From positions 4,588,001 to 4,652,000 of the forward strand of contig CP075493.1 in NCBI GenBank assembly GCA_021613535.1: DNA of 64,000 nt, given 5' to 3'. The stretch is from Adineta vaga (lineage: Eukaryota > Animalia > Rotifera). The notes under the pieces are model-generated. The model saw only the letters and a list, made by a program, of their open reading frames with translations. It did not search any database and was not told where the DNA came from. Positions 1-13,793 of this stretch are shown here, one piece after another; position 1 is the stretch's first letter; each line of letters starts with the position of its first letter. Both the position numbers and the translations under genes were made by a program.

Positions 1-369
1 ATAAGAATATCACGGACATCTTTTCTCTATTAGTTTCAGTCAAAATAAAAAGAATAGGGTCTTAACATCATCTTAAGTAAAGATTCTATTTCAATGTCGT
101 ACGATTATTTGTCGGAAATTCCCATTCAATTTATATTTCTCATCCTCAACATTTACTCCGGTATTTTTGATTCTTTTAGTATTCTATTACTCGAACTGTA
201 GTAGATTTACATCAAAGCACATTCGCAGACATCAATCTCTTTTCGATATCATTTGATCCTTTTTCTGTAATTGACTTTCATCATGAAAATATATATAAAT
301 ATATAAATCAGACAACGATCGATAACAGGACTCAGAATTGATGTGAAGAAGAAGAAGAAGGTGTTATCA

Positions 370-1412
370 ATGCAACGAAGTACGATTAATCTTGTAACGT
401 TTGCTATTGTTTGTAGTTTATGGTTACTAGCAAAGTGTGATGCACAGCCAAGTAAGTTCATTCTATGACTATCAGAGTTCATTGATGTGATGTATATATT
501 CTAGAAAATGAAGTAGATTGCAGTCAATTTGTTAATGATGAAGATATTCTTCGTCAATTACCATTTCCTCTTGTGGACCATTCATACGAATTTTCGCAAA
601 ATCATAGTAAGGTAGAGATGTATGAAAATACAAGTGATGTCCGTGGTATTTCCATCTACAAAGAAAAAGTTGTTCCATCTAGTATTTATTGTTTGTCGAA
701 ACTTGAAAAATTAGAAGTTTATCAAACACCGTTTGAAAATGGTAATGTATCCGTGATTGTTGTCGTAAAAGAGGAGTATAACTAATTTTGTTTTCATCTC
801 GTTGTGATAGACATTGTTCCTGATGCATTAGGCAATCTGGAAAATCTTGCTCAATTGATTATTTTCGATGTAAAGATTGCGAAATTGACTGAAAAACTGG
901 CAACGCTACGAAATATGATTATGTTAACACTCATTCAGTGTTCATTAATTTATGTACCAAATCTCAGCAATTTGCAACAATTAGAATCTCTTTCCTTGGA
1001 TAAAAATAATTTGTCACATGTTGATGGTATAACTGGTGTTACAGATCTAATGCTCGAGAATAATCAATTCAAACAAATTCCCATGACACAAGATCCAGAT
1101 CGATTAATGGTACTCGCTATGGGTGATAATCCATTAACAAGTGCTGCACCTATTATGTCGTATAAGAATCTCGAGTGGATCTTTTTGAATAATGCAACAA
1201 TAACATCAATTCCAGCAACGATTGATAAATTGCGAAATGTGGAATATCTTCGTTTATCTAATAACAAACTCACTCGTCTACCAACAAATATTCTGAATCT
1301 TCGTCGTTTGAAAGAGTTGACTATCGAAAACAATTTAATTGCAAAAAGAGATGTTGAATCAATTCGTCAATCATTCAAAAGATCACATCCAAAATTGAAA
1401 CTATTGTCTTGA
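370..1412 (+). CDS. Secreted leucine-rich-repeat protein (3 exons)
   Basis: ATG 370 gives signal-peptide-like MQRSTINLVTFAIVCSLWLLAKCDAQP. GT-AG introns 452-504 and 742-810 join ORFs 573-785 and 804-1412 in frame. LxxLxLxxNxL repeats (LESLSLDKNNL, VEYLRLSNNKL, LKELTIENNLI). Confidence 0.85.
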
Positions 1413-1562
1413 TAATAAGACTGTTTTTCTTTGAAAAAAATGATCAACTTTATCATCTGAATAAAATAACTACAAACATAGAAAAAGTCAGAATCGCAAA
1501 TATACCAAAAAACGGTTATCTAACGAATACTCTACTGTCTTCAGAGATATCTTACATTAAAG

Positions 1563-2327
1563 TTATAGAGATAAAACCGTATGTTGAAGAAATACAATAA
1601 AAATAGAATAGAAAAGAAAACTAGATTTAAAACTTATAATACATCCTTTATTTCCAGTATATTGATTTTTACAAGTACCATTCGTGCGACCATTATTAGC
1701 ATCCGAAGGACATATTGATTGATATTGATTTTGACAAGCTTGTGTACAAGTTATCGACGTACATGGAGTTGCTGAGACATCACCTACGTAAATATTCGGT
1801 AAACAATCACGACCTGATTGGCAGCACACACATGAACATGTCGTGCCAACAGAAGATCCGGTAACTGTATTTACGGATGTCGTTGATGTTGTTGTCGTCG
1901 TTGATATCATTCCGAGACATGTGCCAATGGTTTGTCCTTTTTGCTCCCCAACACATTGATTTGGATATTGAGCATTACATGAAAGACTACATGAACTTTC
2001 TTGACATAGATAAGCCGTAGCAGAACCAACGACGACTGGTGTACATAGAGTTGAACCTGTATTGCAACAGGCACATTGACAAAGATATGAAGTAGGAACA
2101 GACCACGTGCATAACGCTAACATCTGCCCATTTGGATAATCAACTTGACATTGTGAATGTGTAGAACGACAACGTGTACTACATTTTTGTGCTGTACAAG
2201 ATGTCATCGAAGTATTACTAAGAACAATAGGAGTACACGACGGTCCAATACAACATGAACATGAACATGCATCTTGTTGAGCTCTAGCATATGTTAAAAA
2301 CGAAAATATGATTAATAGCAGATACAT
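1563..2327 (-). CDS. Secreted/GPI-type cysteine-rich protein with three CxCxCC repeat modules
   Basis: Signal peptide MYLLLIIFSFLTYARAQ; three ~50-aa modules starting CSCSCC / CQCACC / CSCVCC; Thr-rich linker; hydrophobic C-terminus. Confidence 0.75.
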   Translation of the reverse strand: MYLLLIIFSFLTYARAQQDACSCSCCIGPSCTPIVLSNTSMTSCTAQKCSTRCRSTHSQCQVDYPNGQMLALCTWSVPTSYLCQCACCNTGSTLCTPVVVGSATAYLCQESSCSLSCNAQYPNQCVGEQKGQTIGTCLGMISTTTTTSTTSVNTVTGSSVGTTCSCVCCQSGRDCLPNIYVGDVSATPCTSITCTQACQNQYQSICPSDANNGRTNGTCKNQYTGNKGCIISFKSSFLFYSIFIVFLQHTVLSL

Positions 2328-2937
2328 TGTCAAGGATTTCTATATAAAATAAAAGACTACTAAATTGAGATATGCGACAAAATAAAAGATAAAGTTTCTA
2401 TTTATTTGACTAACGATAAAAGAACGAGAAAGAAAAGATTTTTTCACGCCATATTTGTTCTCCAATGTAGATGAAAAAGCGTCATGTATACCGTAAATAG
2501 ATTGAAGCTGAAGAAAATCGTTCTTTTATCGTACTTGGCCATATTGACAATTCTTTTACAAAGTATTACGACTCAATCTACGTGAAAGCAATATGACTCG
2601 AAGTGTTTTTTGAATGAGATGTTGATAATTTTTAAAAAAGCGAATTGGAGCACATCAATAGAAACAATAAATTAACGCATTAGTTTTACCTCAGTGGAGA
2701 AGCTTTTTTTCATAATTTCTTTTCAATTTTGTAAAACCTTTTAAGATAGAAATAGAGAATATTCGATGTGTTCGTTCAGTCGAAAACCATTTCAGACATT
2801 ATTCATCTGAAAATATTACAGATGAGAGAAAATCTAAATACTATGATAAAAAAAAAGACTTGATAAGCTAAATGGCAATAGTTGTCAATTCTTCATTTCA
2901 AAGATTCAACTGAAAGTATATTCATATATCAAATAAA

Positions 2938-3870
2938 ATGAACAGCATCGTCATAATTATCATTGATATATGTATTCTATTCTTTTCTTTCAATGGAATA
3001 TTGATTTCATCCGGTATTCTTTTCTTAATCTTTACCTATCGACAACAATTTCCAATCACTATCGCCGTACTTCTTCTATGTAATTCTTACATAGCAATTA
3101 TATTTACTTGCTTCAATTTTTTGATTTTGTATGGTTATAGTCTTTATGGTGATGTCTATGAACATGTATCTTTTGATACTTGGTGGTGTTATGCCCATGC
3201 ATATATTGTTCATGTTGGACTTTGTTCAATCTATTATTCATATTTTCTTCAAGCATGTTTTCGTTTCTTTCGCGTAGTTTTATATCGATTTAAACACTTA
3301 CAAACATTTCAATTTATGATTAAACTTATCATAGGACAATGGTTGACATCATTTCTTGTTATTTTATATGCATTAATTTGGCATTATTTTGAATACTTAC
3401 CCGAAAATTATCATTGTCAAATTGCATTTACGAATTTTCAAGGTTTAATTATCATACTTTTGATTGTTTATTTTGGTCCAACAATCGCATCGAAGATTAT
3501 TTATGTTTATATTATATATCATACAAAGCATCAAATAAATGTCACGACTCAACAAATTCGTTATCGAGCAATGCAACGCGATTTAATTGTTCTTCGTCGT
3601 GTGATAATTATAATAACGACCGTTTTATTACTCTCATTACCAACACTTATTCTTTGGATTTATTATATTGTTACTGGTTATTTACATCCATTGAGTTATC
3701 ATCTTGAATGGGTCTTATTTTCTATATCATTAGTATTTTTATCTATTGCATCGGCTATTATCACATCTCAAATTCGTCAATTGATCCTTCTCAAATGGAA
3801 GCACAATCAGCGTGTGCAACCAATGATTATGAATAATGTTCCTGAAATTATACAACGCTGGCAACGATAG
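2938..3870 (+). CDS. Intronless orphan rhodopsin-like 7TM receptor
   Basis: 310-aa ORF with about 7 hydrophobic segments, TM3 Cys (WWCY), QACFRFFRV at the DRY-equivalent position, ECL2 Cys (YHCQI). Confidence 0.75.
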   Translation: MNSIVIIIIDICILFFSFNGILISSGILFLIFTYRQQFPITIAVLLLCNSYIAIIFTCFNFLILYGYSLYGDVYEHVSFDTWWCYAHAYIVHVGLCSIYYSYFLQACFRFFRVVLYRFKHLQTFQFMIKLIIGQWLTSFLVILYALIWHYFEYLPENYHCQIAFTNFQGLIIILLIVYFGPTIASKIIYVYIIYHTKHQINVTTQQIRYRAMQRDLIVLRRVIIIITTVLLLSLPTLILWIYYIVTGYLHPLSYHLEWVLFSISLVFLSIASAIITSQIRQLILLKWKHNQRVQPMIMNNVPEIIQRWQR

Positions 3871-4699
3871 TTTGCATACATATGATTTTCTTTACGAATC
3901 TTTGCTCATCGCTGAGTTGCATTGTGGAAACATGTAAGATTAGATCCTTGCTTATAGAGACTATTCAGTTTTACCAAACGCGTTATTTGATTTGTTTGAA
4001 TATTCACCGAATCTCGTTCTTGTTTGAGCATCAAGTTGGTCTAGAAGTATTCATCCCAAAATAAAATCTATTGATCTTTGATTCGCAATCTTTAATAACG
4101 GAAATTTCCAGTGTATGTCGAATCTAATACATTCAACAGTTCTTAAAATTGAGAGAACAATAGATTTTAATGGACATGAACAAGAACAAATCATTTGTGA
4201 TCATGTTTATTAAATATAGAAGTATTTCAAATTTTTATAAAAGTATGTTGATTTTCGTACAATGCAGAAGGATGATCAAACGAAATGGATACATTTCGAA
4301 CTTCTATTCCTTAACTCTCGCAGGCATATATCCATGGCAATTGATGCAACTGAATATGAATCAGTCGAATTCCATTGTGTAGTAGCAATTTCAATAATGG
4401 TGAATGTTCTTTATTAGCCAATTCATCATTAGGACGGTACTGTACAATGTTATCCATTTTACTCGGTTTTTAAGATGTACAATAATCCTTATCGCGTTTG
4501 AATATGAAATAATCGTTTGATCATTCATGAATACAAAAACAAAGTTGGCATGAAAGATAAAATTATTATGCATGTCAATTTAATTATTAAAAAAAATTAT
4601 CAAAATCAAAAACTTTTGTAATTTGTGTAATTATATGACGTTTCTAATTAACAAAATGAAAGAAAAGAAAAACATTTGTTTTGTCAATTTTCATTCTAA

Positions 4700-5516
4700 T
4701 TATATTGATCCAGTTGCATGTTGTCCATCAACTGGAATGTATCCGGGTACTAATTAAAGAAAAGATATTTTTGAACGAATAAAAGATTCTATATTACCTG
4801 ATCCAGTATCTGAACCCCAACCTCCAAAAGTCGGCGAGGTATTTTCGCCAAGACGATCTTGACGAACTTTATTTAAGAATAACAGCATAGCTGGTTTGAG
4901 TAGAAGAAGAAAAATAGCGAAGCTAATCCATAGAATTGAAATATATATTTGTTTTCATCAGAAATAAAATTAACTTACAAAACACTAAATCCAAAATAGG
5001 AGCTATGATTCATAAGTTGATATGCTACAAAAAGATAACAAGAATAAAGACAATACTTGAGACTAAGTCTACCTGATTTTCCCATTTGAAAATACATTCC
5101 TATTGCAATTGAATCCAATAGAATTGATAAAGCTTTGATTACCATTAACTAAGTGAACGTCAAAGAATTTATAGAAATGAATTGTTTTAATAACTTACGA
5201 GTTCGACTTGTATGACACTTTCTTTATGAACTATGGCCCATAGACCAAGTACGATGATCGTCATTTGATTCAGAACATACGACATTGGTAGCCACTCAGT
5301 CATCAACACCCTAAGAAAGATGACATAGTAATCTTTTACGAACTATTCTTGTTTGTATCATTGTCAAAAACAATTACAAATAATTGTAAGTTAGCTTACA
5401 GACTGGTATAAAGAAAATGAATTGCCACGATGTACTAAAAAAAAGAAAAATTCAATGCCAGTAAAGAAATCTAATTAACTGCTTACTCGAAGCATTGCAT
5501 TTCGATTGAGGGACAT
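4700..5516 (-). CDS. AGTRAP: Type-1 angiotensin II receptor-associated protein-like (7 short exons, missed by ORF track)
   Basis: Spliced translation MSLNRNAMLR-YIVAIHFLYTSL-VLMTEWLPMSYVLNQMTIIVLGLWAIVHKESVIQVEL-LMVIKALSILLDSIAIGMYF...FAIFLLLLKPAMLLFLNKVRQDRLG...GSI*. It matches the AGTRAP pattern (H in TM1, WLPxSY, GxWA, LDxI, LLKP). Confidence 0.75.
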
Positions 5517-5688
5517 TTTTGCTCTCTATTTTCGATCTAAAACACAAAGAAATAGATTGATTCCATCACCAATTGTATTTCTTATGAGACAACTCTAAGC
5601 AAAAATTTGAATATATCAACAAAAAAACTGTAATAACTGTTGAAAGACAAAACATTTTTTTTTGAAAGAAATGTTGAATGAACAAGAA

Positions 5689-8600
5689 CTATTGTTGTGA
5701 ATCAACATCATAAGCTAAGATAGGTGATAACCATTTTTCTACTTCTTTAACCGACATTCCTTTTCGACCAGCATAATCATGAACCTAAAAGAAAAAGAAA
5801 TGAGACAAAAGAATTCGAAATTTTTACTACACTTTCCTTTATAATCATTTTTCTTTTACTCATTTCACCTTCAGGTAAATTGTTTATCTCATTTGTTTGC
5901 TCGATGATTAATCTCTCGGATGTTCTATTCTCTTATTATCAAACATTACTTCGTACAGAGATGAAGAGTGGGAGCGAAAAAGAACAAAGATCAGCTGAGA
6001 TATTTCTTCAAGATAAACTATTCCCTACGATCACCAAACTTACCTGATCTTCATTAATTTTTCCAACTGCGAAATAATTCGATTCCGGATGACCCATATA
6101 AAGTCCCGAAACAGCTGATGCTGGTTGCATAGCAAGTGATTCTGTTAATTCAATACCAATTGCTTCGGTTGCATTTAATAGATTCCATATTGTTTTCTTT
6201 TCTGTATGATCAGGTTGTGTGGGATATCCAGCTGCTGGTCGAATACCTTGATATTTGACAGAAAGTAAATCTTTCGTTGATAAATCTTCATTTGGTGCAT
6301 AAGCCCAAAGTTCACGACGAACACGTTCATGTAAATATTCAGCACATGCTTCAGCTAAACGATCACCTAATAATTTCAATATAATCGATGAATAATCATC
6401 AGATTCCTATATGCCACCAAAAAACAAATAGTTCATTTAATTCAAAGATGTCTCCTCGTTACCTTCTGTACTAATCGCTGTGCCTCTTGTTCAACATTGA
6501 AAACACCCAATGCAAAAATTCCAATATAATCTATCGATGTTGATGAAATAAAATCTGATAAACACATGTAAACATTCGAATCACGTTCGGTTTGTTGTCG
6601 TAAACCGAATAATGTTGAAATCTGTTTTGAAGGATCTTTTGGATCAAAAATAAGTATATCATCTCCCGATGTTCGACATGGATAAAATCCAACAACTGCA
6701 CGAATCGAAAATAGTTTTCGTGCAAGAATATCCGATAGGAGTTTTTGTGCATCAGCAAAAACAATACGTGCTTGTGCACCGACTTCTTTACAATCAAATA
6801 ATTTTGGATAACCACGATTAGGATATTTACCACGAATTTGCATTGCATCAAAGAATGGTTTCCAATCGATATAATTAATTAATTTCTCAGGATCGATATT
6901 ATCGAAAATTTCCGTACCAAGAAATGTTGGTTTAGTAATATTAGTATCTTCTTTTTCACTCATCCAACGTTTCTTTCGAGCATCATTGATAGGTAAACAA
7001 CGAATTTGTTTCAAATTTGCATAATATTCATCACGAATATCATTATAATCTTCAGCAATATCTTCCAGATATTCTTCTTTTTTCTCTTCATCTAAATTAA
7101 TTATTGTGATGAGAGAAGAAAAAGAAGAAGAGACTTTAGTTGATTCTTACTGAGGAGATTTCCGCAGACGACAACACTTTTTGATGCATCTAAAACATGA
7201 ATAACTGGACCATTATGATAACGCGGAGCAATTTTAACAGCAGTATGTTGTCTAAATAGGTTAATTGTATGTATATTTCGAATAAAATTTGAAGAACTTA
7301 CTTTGATGTCGTTGCACCACCGATCAATAATGGAATAGTGAAGTTTAATCGTTGCATCTCTTTAGCTACAACAATCATTTCATCTAATGATGGTGTAATT
7401 AATCCCGATAAACCAATGAAATTTGCATTTTCTTCTTTAGCTACTTTAAGAATTTTATCACATGGTGTCATAACACCTAAATCAATAACTCTATAATTAT
7501 TGCAACCAAGTACAACTCCAACAATATTCTTTCCAATATCATGAACATCACCTTAACATTCAATACATAGAATTGTTCTTTTTCTAAAAGAATAAATTCC
7601 TACCTTTCACAGTAGCCATGACAATTGTATATTGTGCATCTAAACCAGTCGTTATGGTATCACCTTGTTCTTTTAATGCTTGTAAATTTTTCTGTTTTTC
7701 TTCTTCCATAAATGGTATTAAATGATTCACTGCTTTCTTCATTACTCGTGCTGATTTAATCACTTGTGGTAGAAACATTTTTCCTGCACCAAATAATTCT
7801 CCAACTTCACTCATACCATTCATCAATGGTCCTTCGATCACATGCAATGGACGTGTATATTTTTGACGTGCTTCTTCCATATCTTCGATGATATACTTGT
7901 CAATACCTTTGACTAATGAATATTGAAGACGTTCTTCAGCAGTTGCATTTGTTCTCCATGATTCTTCTTGTTGTTCACTTTTAGTATCACTACCAGTTGA
8001 AGATAATTTAAGTTGTTGAGCATATTCAAGTAATTCTTCAGTTGCTGTTGATCTTGTATTGAAAATACATGCTTCACTAAGTTCACGAAGACGTGGATCG
8101 ATATCATTATAGATTGGAATTTGACCAGCATTGACAATACCCATATCAAGACCGGCTTTAATCGCATGAAATAAAAAGACGGAATGCATAGCTTCACGAA
8201 TACGATCTTGACCACGAAATGAAAATGATATATTTGATATTCCACCTGATGTTTTACAGCCAGGACACAATTCCTATAGAGTAAATCATTTATTCCTGTT
8301 ATCATCACGTGATAAAACATTTGAACAAAATTTAACTTACTTTAATTTTCTTAAGTGATTCAATAAAATTGATTGCATAATCATTATGTTCTTCCATTCC
8401 AGTAGCAATTGTTAAAATATTTGAATCAAATATAATATCATTTGGATTAAATTTCACAACATTAACTAATAAATCATAACTTCGTTTGCAAATTGCACAT
8501 CGGCGTTCGACATCTGTTGCCTGAAAATGAACAAATTCTCTTTCTTATTACAATCGAATTCAATTTTAATCTTTTTACTTGTCCTTGTTCATCAAATGCC

Positions 8601-10473
8601 ATAACAACAACAGCAGCGCCATATTTTTTACATCTTCGTGCTTTTTCAAGAAAATCTTCTTCACCTTCTTTCAATGAAATGGAATTGACAATACATTTGC
8701 CTTGTGTACATTTCAATCCAGCTTCAATGACAGCGAAATTCGATGAATCAATACACAATGGTACTCGTGAAATATCTGGTTCAGATGCTAAAAGATTAAC
8801 AAATTTTGCCATCACTGCTTGTCCATCAATCATTCCTTCATCCATATTTAAATCAAGAATTTGTGCTCCTGATTCAACTTGAGTCTTTGCGACTTGAAGT
8901 GCTGCATCGAATTTATTTTCTTTCAATAGACGAAGAAATTGTCGACTACCAGCAACATTACATCGTTCACCAATATTCACGAAATTTGTATAACGAGAGA
9001 TAATAAATGGTTCAAGGCCTGGAAAAGAAAAAAAAAAGATTATCTCTATCCATGACTGAAACTTCTAATCAACATACCGGAAAGAAGCATATCTTCTGTA
9101 TGTAAATTTGTCGGTGGTACTCTTGGAGGATACCGTTTAACAACTTCTGCAATTGCTCTAAATCAATTGTCAATCGATTTATTTGTAAAAATAAACAGAA
9201 GTAATATTTACTTGATATGATCAGGTGTTGATCCACAGCAACCACCAACAATATTTAATAAACCATCATGTGCCCATTCACCTATTTGATTAGCCATAGA
9301 TTCGGGTGTTTCATCATATTCGCCAAATGTATTCGGTAAACCTAAATGACAAGCTCGATGACTATCAATTAATAATTAAAAAACTAATCATTTTTACCAG
9401 CATTTGGATAACAAATAGTAAATGCACATGTATTTTTAGAAGCTTCTTCTAAGAATCGTCGCATTTCGTTTGGACCTAATGCACAATTCAATCCGAGACT
9501 AAAATTTATTCATTATAAATACTTAAAGAAAAGAATAGTAAACTACCATATAGGATCGGCATGTGAAACACTAATGACAAATGCTTCAACTGTTTGACCT
9601 GATAATGTTCGACCACTCATATCCACAATTGTTCCAGATATCTAAAAAACAAACGAATCACATACTTATTTACTTTTTCATGTTTATCATTCATTGATTA
9701 CGAGAATAGGTCTTGTTAATTCGACATTTTTCTCAAAGAAAGTTTTTAATGCATAGATTGCTGCTTTTGCATTGGCAGTATCGAATATTGTTTCAATCAA
9801 CATGAAATCAACATTACCATCAATTAAACCACGTGCTTGTTCTGTATATGCTTCAACAGCTGTATCAAACGCTAGAAAAAGAACAAAAGAAGAATAGTTT
9901 CTTTAATAAAATAATTCAAGAATCAATACTGATATTTCGATAATCAGGTTTTTCAACAGATGGTGATATTGATAATGTCTTGTTCAATGGACCTAATGCA
10001 CCAGCAACAAATCGTCGTATACCAGTTTTTTTTGTATATTCATCAGCTGCTTGTCTTGCTATTTTTGCTGATCTAAGATTTAATTCATATGAAAGATGTT
10101 CTAATGCATAATCAGCTTGAGATAAAAATTGAGCATTGAATGTATTCGTTTCAATAATATCAGCACCAGCTTCAAGATATTTTTGATGAATTTCTAATAC
10201 AACATCCGGACGTGTAATAGATAATAAATCATTATTTCCTTTCAATGCTTGTTTATGTGTAGACAAATCATATTCATTTGAACGGAAATCTTCTTCTTCT
10301 AGTTTATATCGTTGAATCATGGTACCCATTGCACCATCGATGATGAGAATACGATTCGATAGAGCAAGACGAAATTCATTTTCTATGATGACAAATCAGA
10401 AATATCAAGATTTCATTGGAAATATGAAGTATATTCAATTACCTATGTTCAAAAGATGAGCACTTGTTGTCAT
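5689..10473 (-). CDS. MTR: Cobalamin-dependent methionine synthase, multi-exon
   Basis: DGAMGTMIQ and [10 protein letters not shown] (Hcy domain); [12 protein letters not shown] and [11 protein letters not shown] (pterin domain); [17 protein letters not shown] and ATVKG|DVHDIGKN (B12-binding DxHxxG); [15 protein letters not shown] (activation domain). Last exon [31 protein letters not shown]. Many short GT-AG introns. Confidence 0.97.
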
Positions 10474-11411
10474 ATTTATCGATCTAATGGAAAATCTATC
10501 TAAATTTCAAAAGATTAGTAGAAATTGCAGATGGAATTTGTACTTAAAAGTAACGGAACACCATTACGAAGGAAATAACTGAATATTTTCATATTTTTTC
10601 ATACACCTGACCTTCTTCACATTTCGTTTTCATCTATAAATGGTTTTAATGAATTAACCAATAAAAACGAAATTGGATGTCGCTGTACGATGATTTCATA
10701 GAACGAATATGCTGTTATCTTGAGAAGAATACTAATATCACCATATGGAAAGTTTAAATTTAATCCTTTCGCTTTCTCTTCAATCTCGATGATAAGAATA
10801 CAGTTAGACTTAATAGTCTATAGATTGATTGCGTGTGATATGGCCGAGATATACTTTCTGATTTATGAAACCAATCGTGATTTTATACTGTTGGTTGATT
10901 ACGGAACGTATTGATGAGACTATGATGTATTAATTTCACTATAGTACTTTTGCGATACTAAAGCAAGAAACAGAAATTACCGAAATATTATAATCATATC
11001 AGAAAGCAAAAGTAAAATTCACCGTACTTGTTCCTAAAATCAGCCTTTTCTATCTAATGTACTATCTTGTAAATGGGTTATACATTTTCTCATACAAGTG
11101 TGATAAGAACTTTGATTACCTGCATGAGTTTCATGCATGCTTAATCTTTCCGATAGATGTCAGTACTGATCTATTCTATGGCGATTGGAGTATAGCCGAG
11201 TAATACTCTATTTATATATACATGTACATGTATTGCTCATTTCTCCTGACAAATGATTCATACGTTCTCAGTCAAATGCTGTCAACACAGTAAGTACAAC
11301 ATAAAAAAAGAGAGAAATGATGTAAATTTGCTCTGTATATTATTACGATTTTTTCTTCCTTTGATCTCGAGTTGTCCTGCAGATAAACGACAACATTCAC
11401 GAAATGTATTT

Positions 11412-13472
11412 ATGATCAAGAATACATCGAAAAAGAATAATAGTCAAAAACGTGTCAAACTAGAACCAGAAGCAACAACAGTAAATGTGAACGAAAAATT
11501 ATTGCCAAGTGATCCATCCATGCCTTCATTAGAGTCTCAATCAATAGAAAATCATCAAAGGTGAGAGACAAGAAAAAAAAGTACATATCATATTTTTTCT
11601 CTCAGTTGTATGAATCACTTTCGGAAAAAAAAACAGTAAAGTGTACCTATATTTCTCACATATCATTTTCTAGTCGGATGTCGTTTCAATCAATTCGATT
11701 ATGGTTACGTTTATTTATTGTTAATGATCTTACTACAATTCTTGTTCTATTTATATGGTTATTAATTAATATTGCTCTTTTTTTGGGACAATTTTTTAAT
11801 TATCATCAATCTCGTTCATATTTTTATTTACGTGTATTAATATCCGATGGTTTAGGTATTGCTCGAGCATCTGCCTTATGTTTAAATTTTAATTGTTTTC
11901 TTATTCTTTTACCTGTTTGTCGAAATTTACTTTCACTTATTCGATATATTTTACCACGATGTATAACACAATCAGTTTTTCGTCGTTTGGCTATACGTCT
12001 ATTTGATCAACATATTGGCTTTCATCGTTGTGTTGGTTATGCGATTTGTTTCTGGTCTTTGTTACATGTTGGAGCACATGTGTATAATTATGAACGTTTA
12101 ATCGATGTACATAATGATTATCAATCACTTTCATCCGTTCTAAATTTGTTATATTTAAAATCATCAGAATCTCAAGTGAATCCATTTGATAGAGTTAATC
12201 CAAATGGACTAAGTGTTGGAGCAATGTTAAGTACAACACCAGGTGTGACAGGAGTGATTCTTTGTGTTTGCTTATTGGTAATATTAAGTTCATCAACTGT
12301 ACTTATTCGTCGATCATTTTATGAAATATTTTGGTTTGTTCATCATCTTTTTATTATCTTTTTTATTTGTTTAATTATTCATGGTTTACAAGGTTTAGTT
12401 AAATCACAAACAAATCTTAATGAACATAATCCGGATATATGTGCTTCAATTTATCGTGAATGGGGTATAAATCAACAATGTCTTATCTATCCACGATTTT
12501 CAGGTTCACAAGCAACAAGTTGGATGTGGTTATGTGCACCATTAAGTCTCTATACTCTCGAACGTATTCTTCGATTTCTACGAAGTTTACAACATATAGA
12601 AATTTTAAATATCATTCGACATGAATCAAATGTTATTGAAATACGTTTTCGAAAGAAATTCATGAGTATTCCACAACCTGGTCAATATATTTATTTAAAA
12701 TGTTTTTCTATTGCTAAATTTGAATGGCATCCATTTACAGTTACTTCAGCACCAGAAGAAGAGTTTGTTAGTGTACATATACGAACAATTGGTAATTGGA
12801 CGAAGAGTTTAGCTGAAAATCTTCAAATGTATCCACAGGATATTCCACGATTAGCTGTAGATGGTCCATATGGAAGTCCAGCAGATGATGTTTTTAATTA
12901 TGATGGTGTTGTACTTGTAGGTGCAGGGATTGGAGGTAAAAATTAATAAGAATTATTTGATTTGATATTCAAAATTATCTTGTATTATTTTAGTAACACC
13001 CTATGCAGCCATATTGAAACATATTCGTTCCTCTCAATCAAGTCATGCTCGCCTTCGTCGAGTTTATTTCTATTGGATATGTAATACAACATCATGTTAT
13101 GAATGGTTTGCTGAAATGCTTCAAGAATTAGAACGTGATCTTCGTGATCGACGAAATTTTTTAACTTATAATATTTATCTTACACAATGGTCTATGGGAC
13201 AAATGCGAGCTGTTATTCAAAATAATACTGATGACAGAGATATTTGGACTGGCTTGGAAAGTAAAACACATTATGGTCGACCAAATTTTGATGTTGATTT
13301 TCAAGGAATTATAAATGAAGATTGGCAAATGGCTGAAAAACGAGATATAGGAGTGTTCGTATGTGGACCAACACCATTAGTGAAACAATTACAACGTTTA
13401 TGTATTAAAATAAACGATCAACATTCATCAACAAATAAAGTTCAATTTTATTTAAATAAAGAAAATTTTTAA
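11412..13472 (+). CDS. NADPH oxidase (NOX1-4/gp91phox-type, no EF hands)
   Basis: Heme His pairs HRCVGY...LHVGAH and HHLF...IIH; FAD motif HPFTVTS; DGPYG; GAGIG|VTPYA across the intron near 12937-12992; VFVCGP; C-terminal KENF. The 5' exon structure is approximate. Confidence 0.93.
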
Positions 13473-13793
13473 AACGTTTTTGTTTTTTATTTTTAATAAA
13501 AAAAAACATTATTTTATTGTTGAAAGAAGACTTTTTTTTTCTTTCAAACGATGAACGAAGCTTGCACCGCTCCAGGTGAATCTTGTCTAAAGAAAAGAAA
13601 AAGTGAACGATATGTCTGTTAGCACTTGTCATATGCTAAACATCCAAGTACTACTAGAATGATTAAGTGACTGGAATACACTTGAAACAATTTTCTTAAT
13701 TAAAATTTACATCTAAAAAAATCACAACTCAGAACGAGATTCTTGTAACTACCTAGTGAATAGTTTTCATTTTGTCTATACAAATTTACTTAG

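Noticed and set aside
5689-10473. MTR as a bacterial metH transfer or a fragmented pseudogene
   Set aside because: The ORF fragments are joined by many canonical GT-AG introns, and B12-dependent MTR is a standard animal gene.
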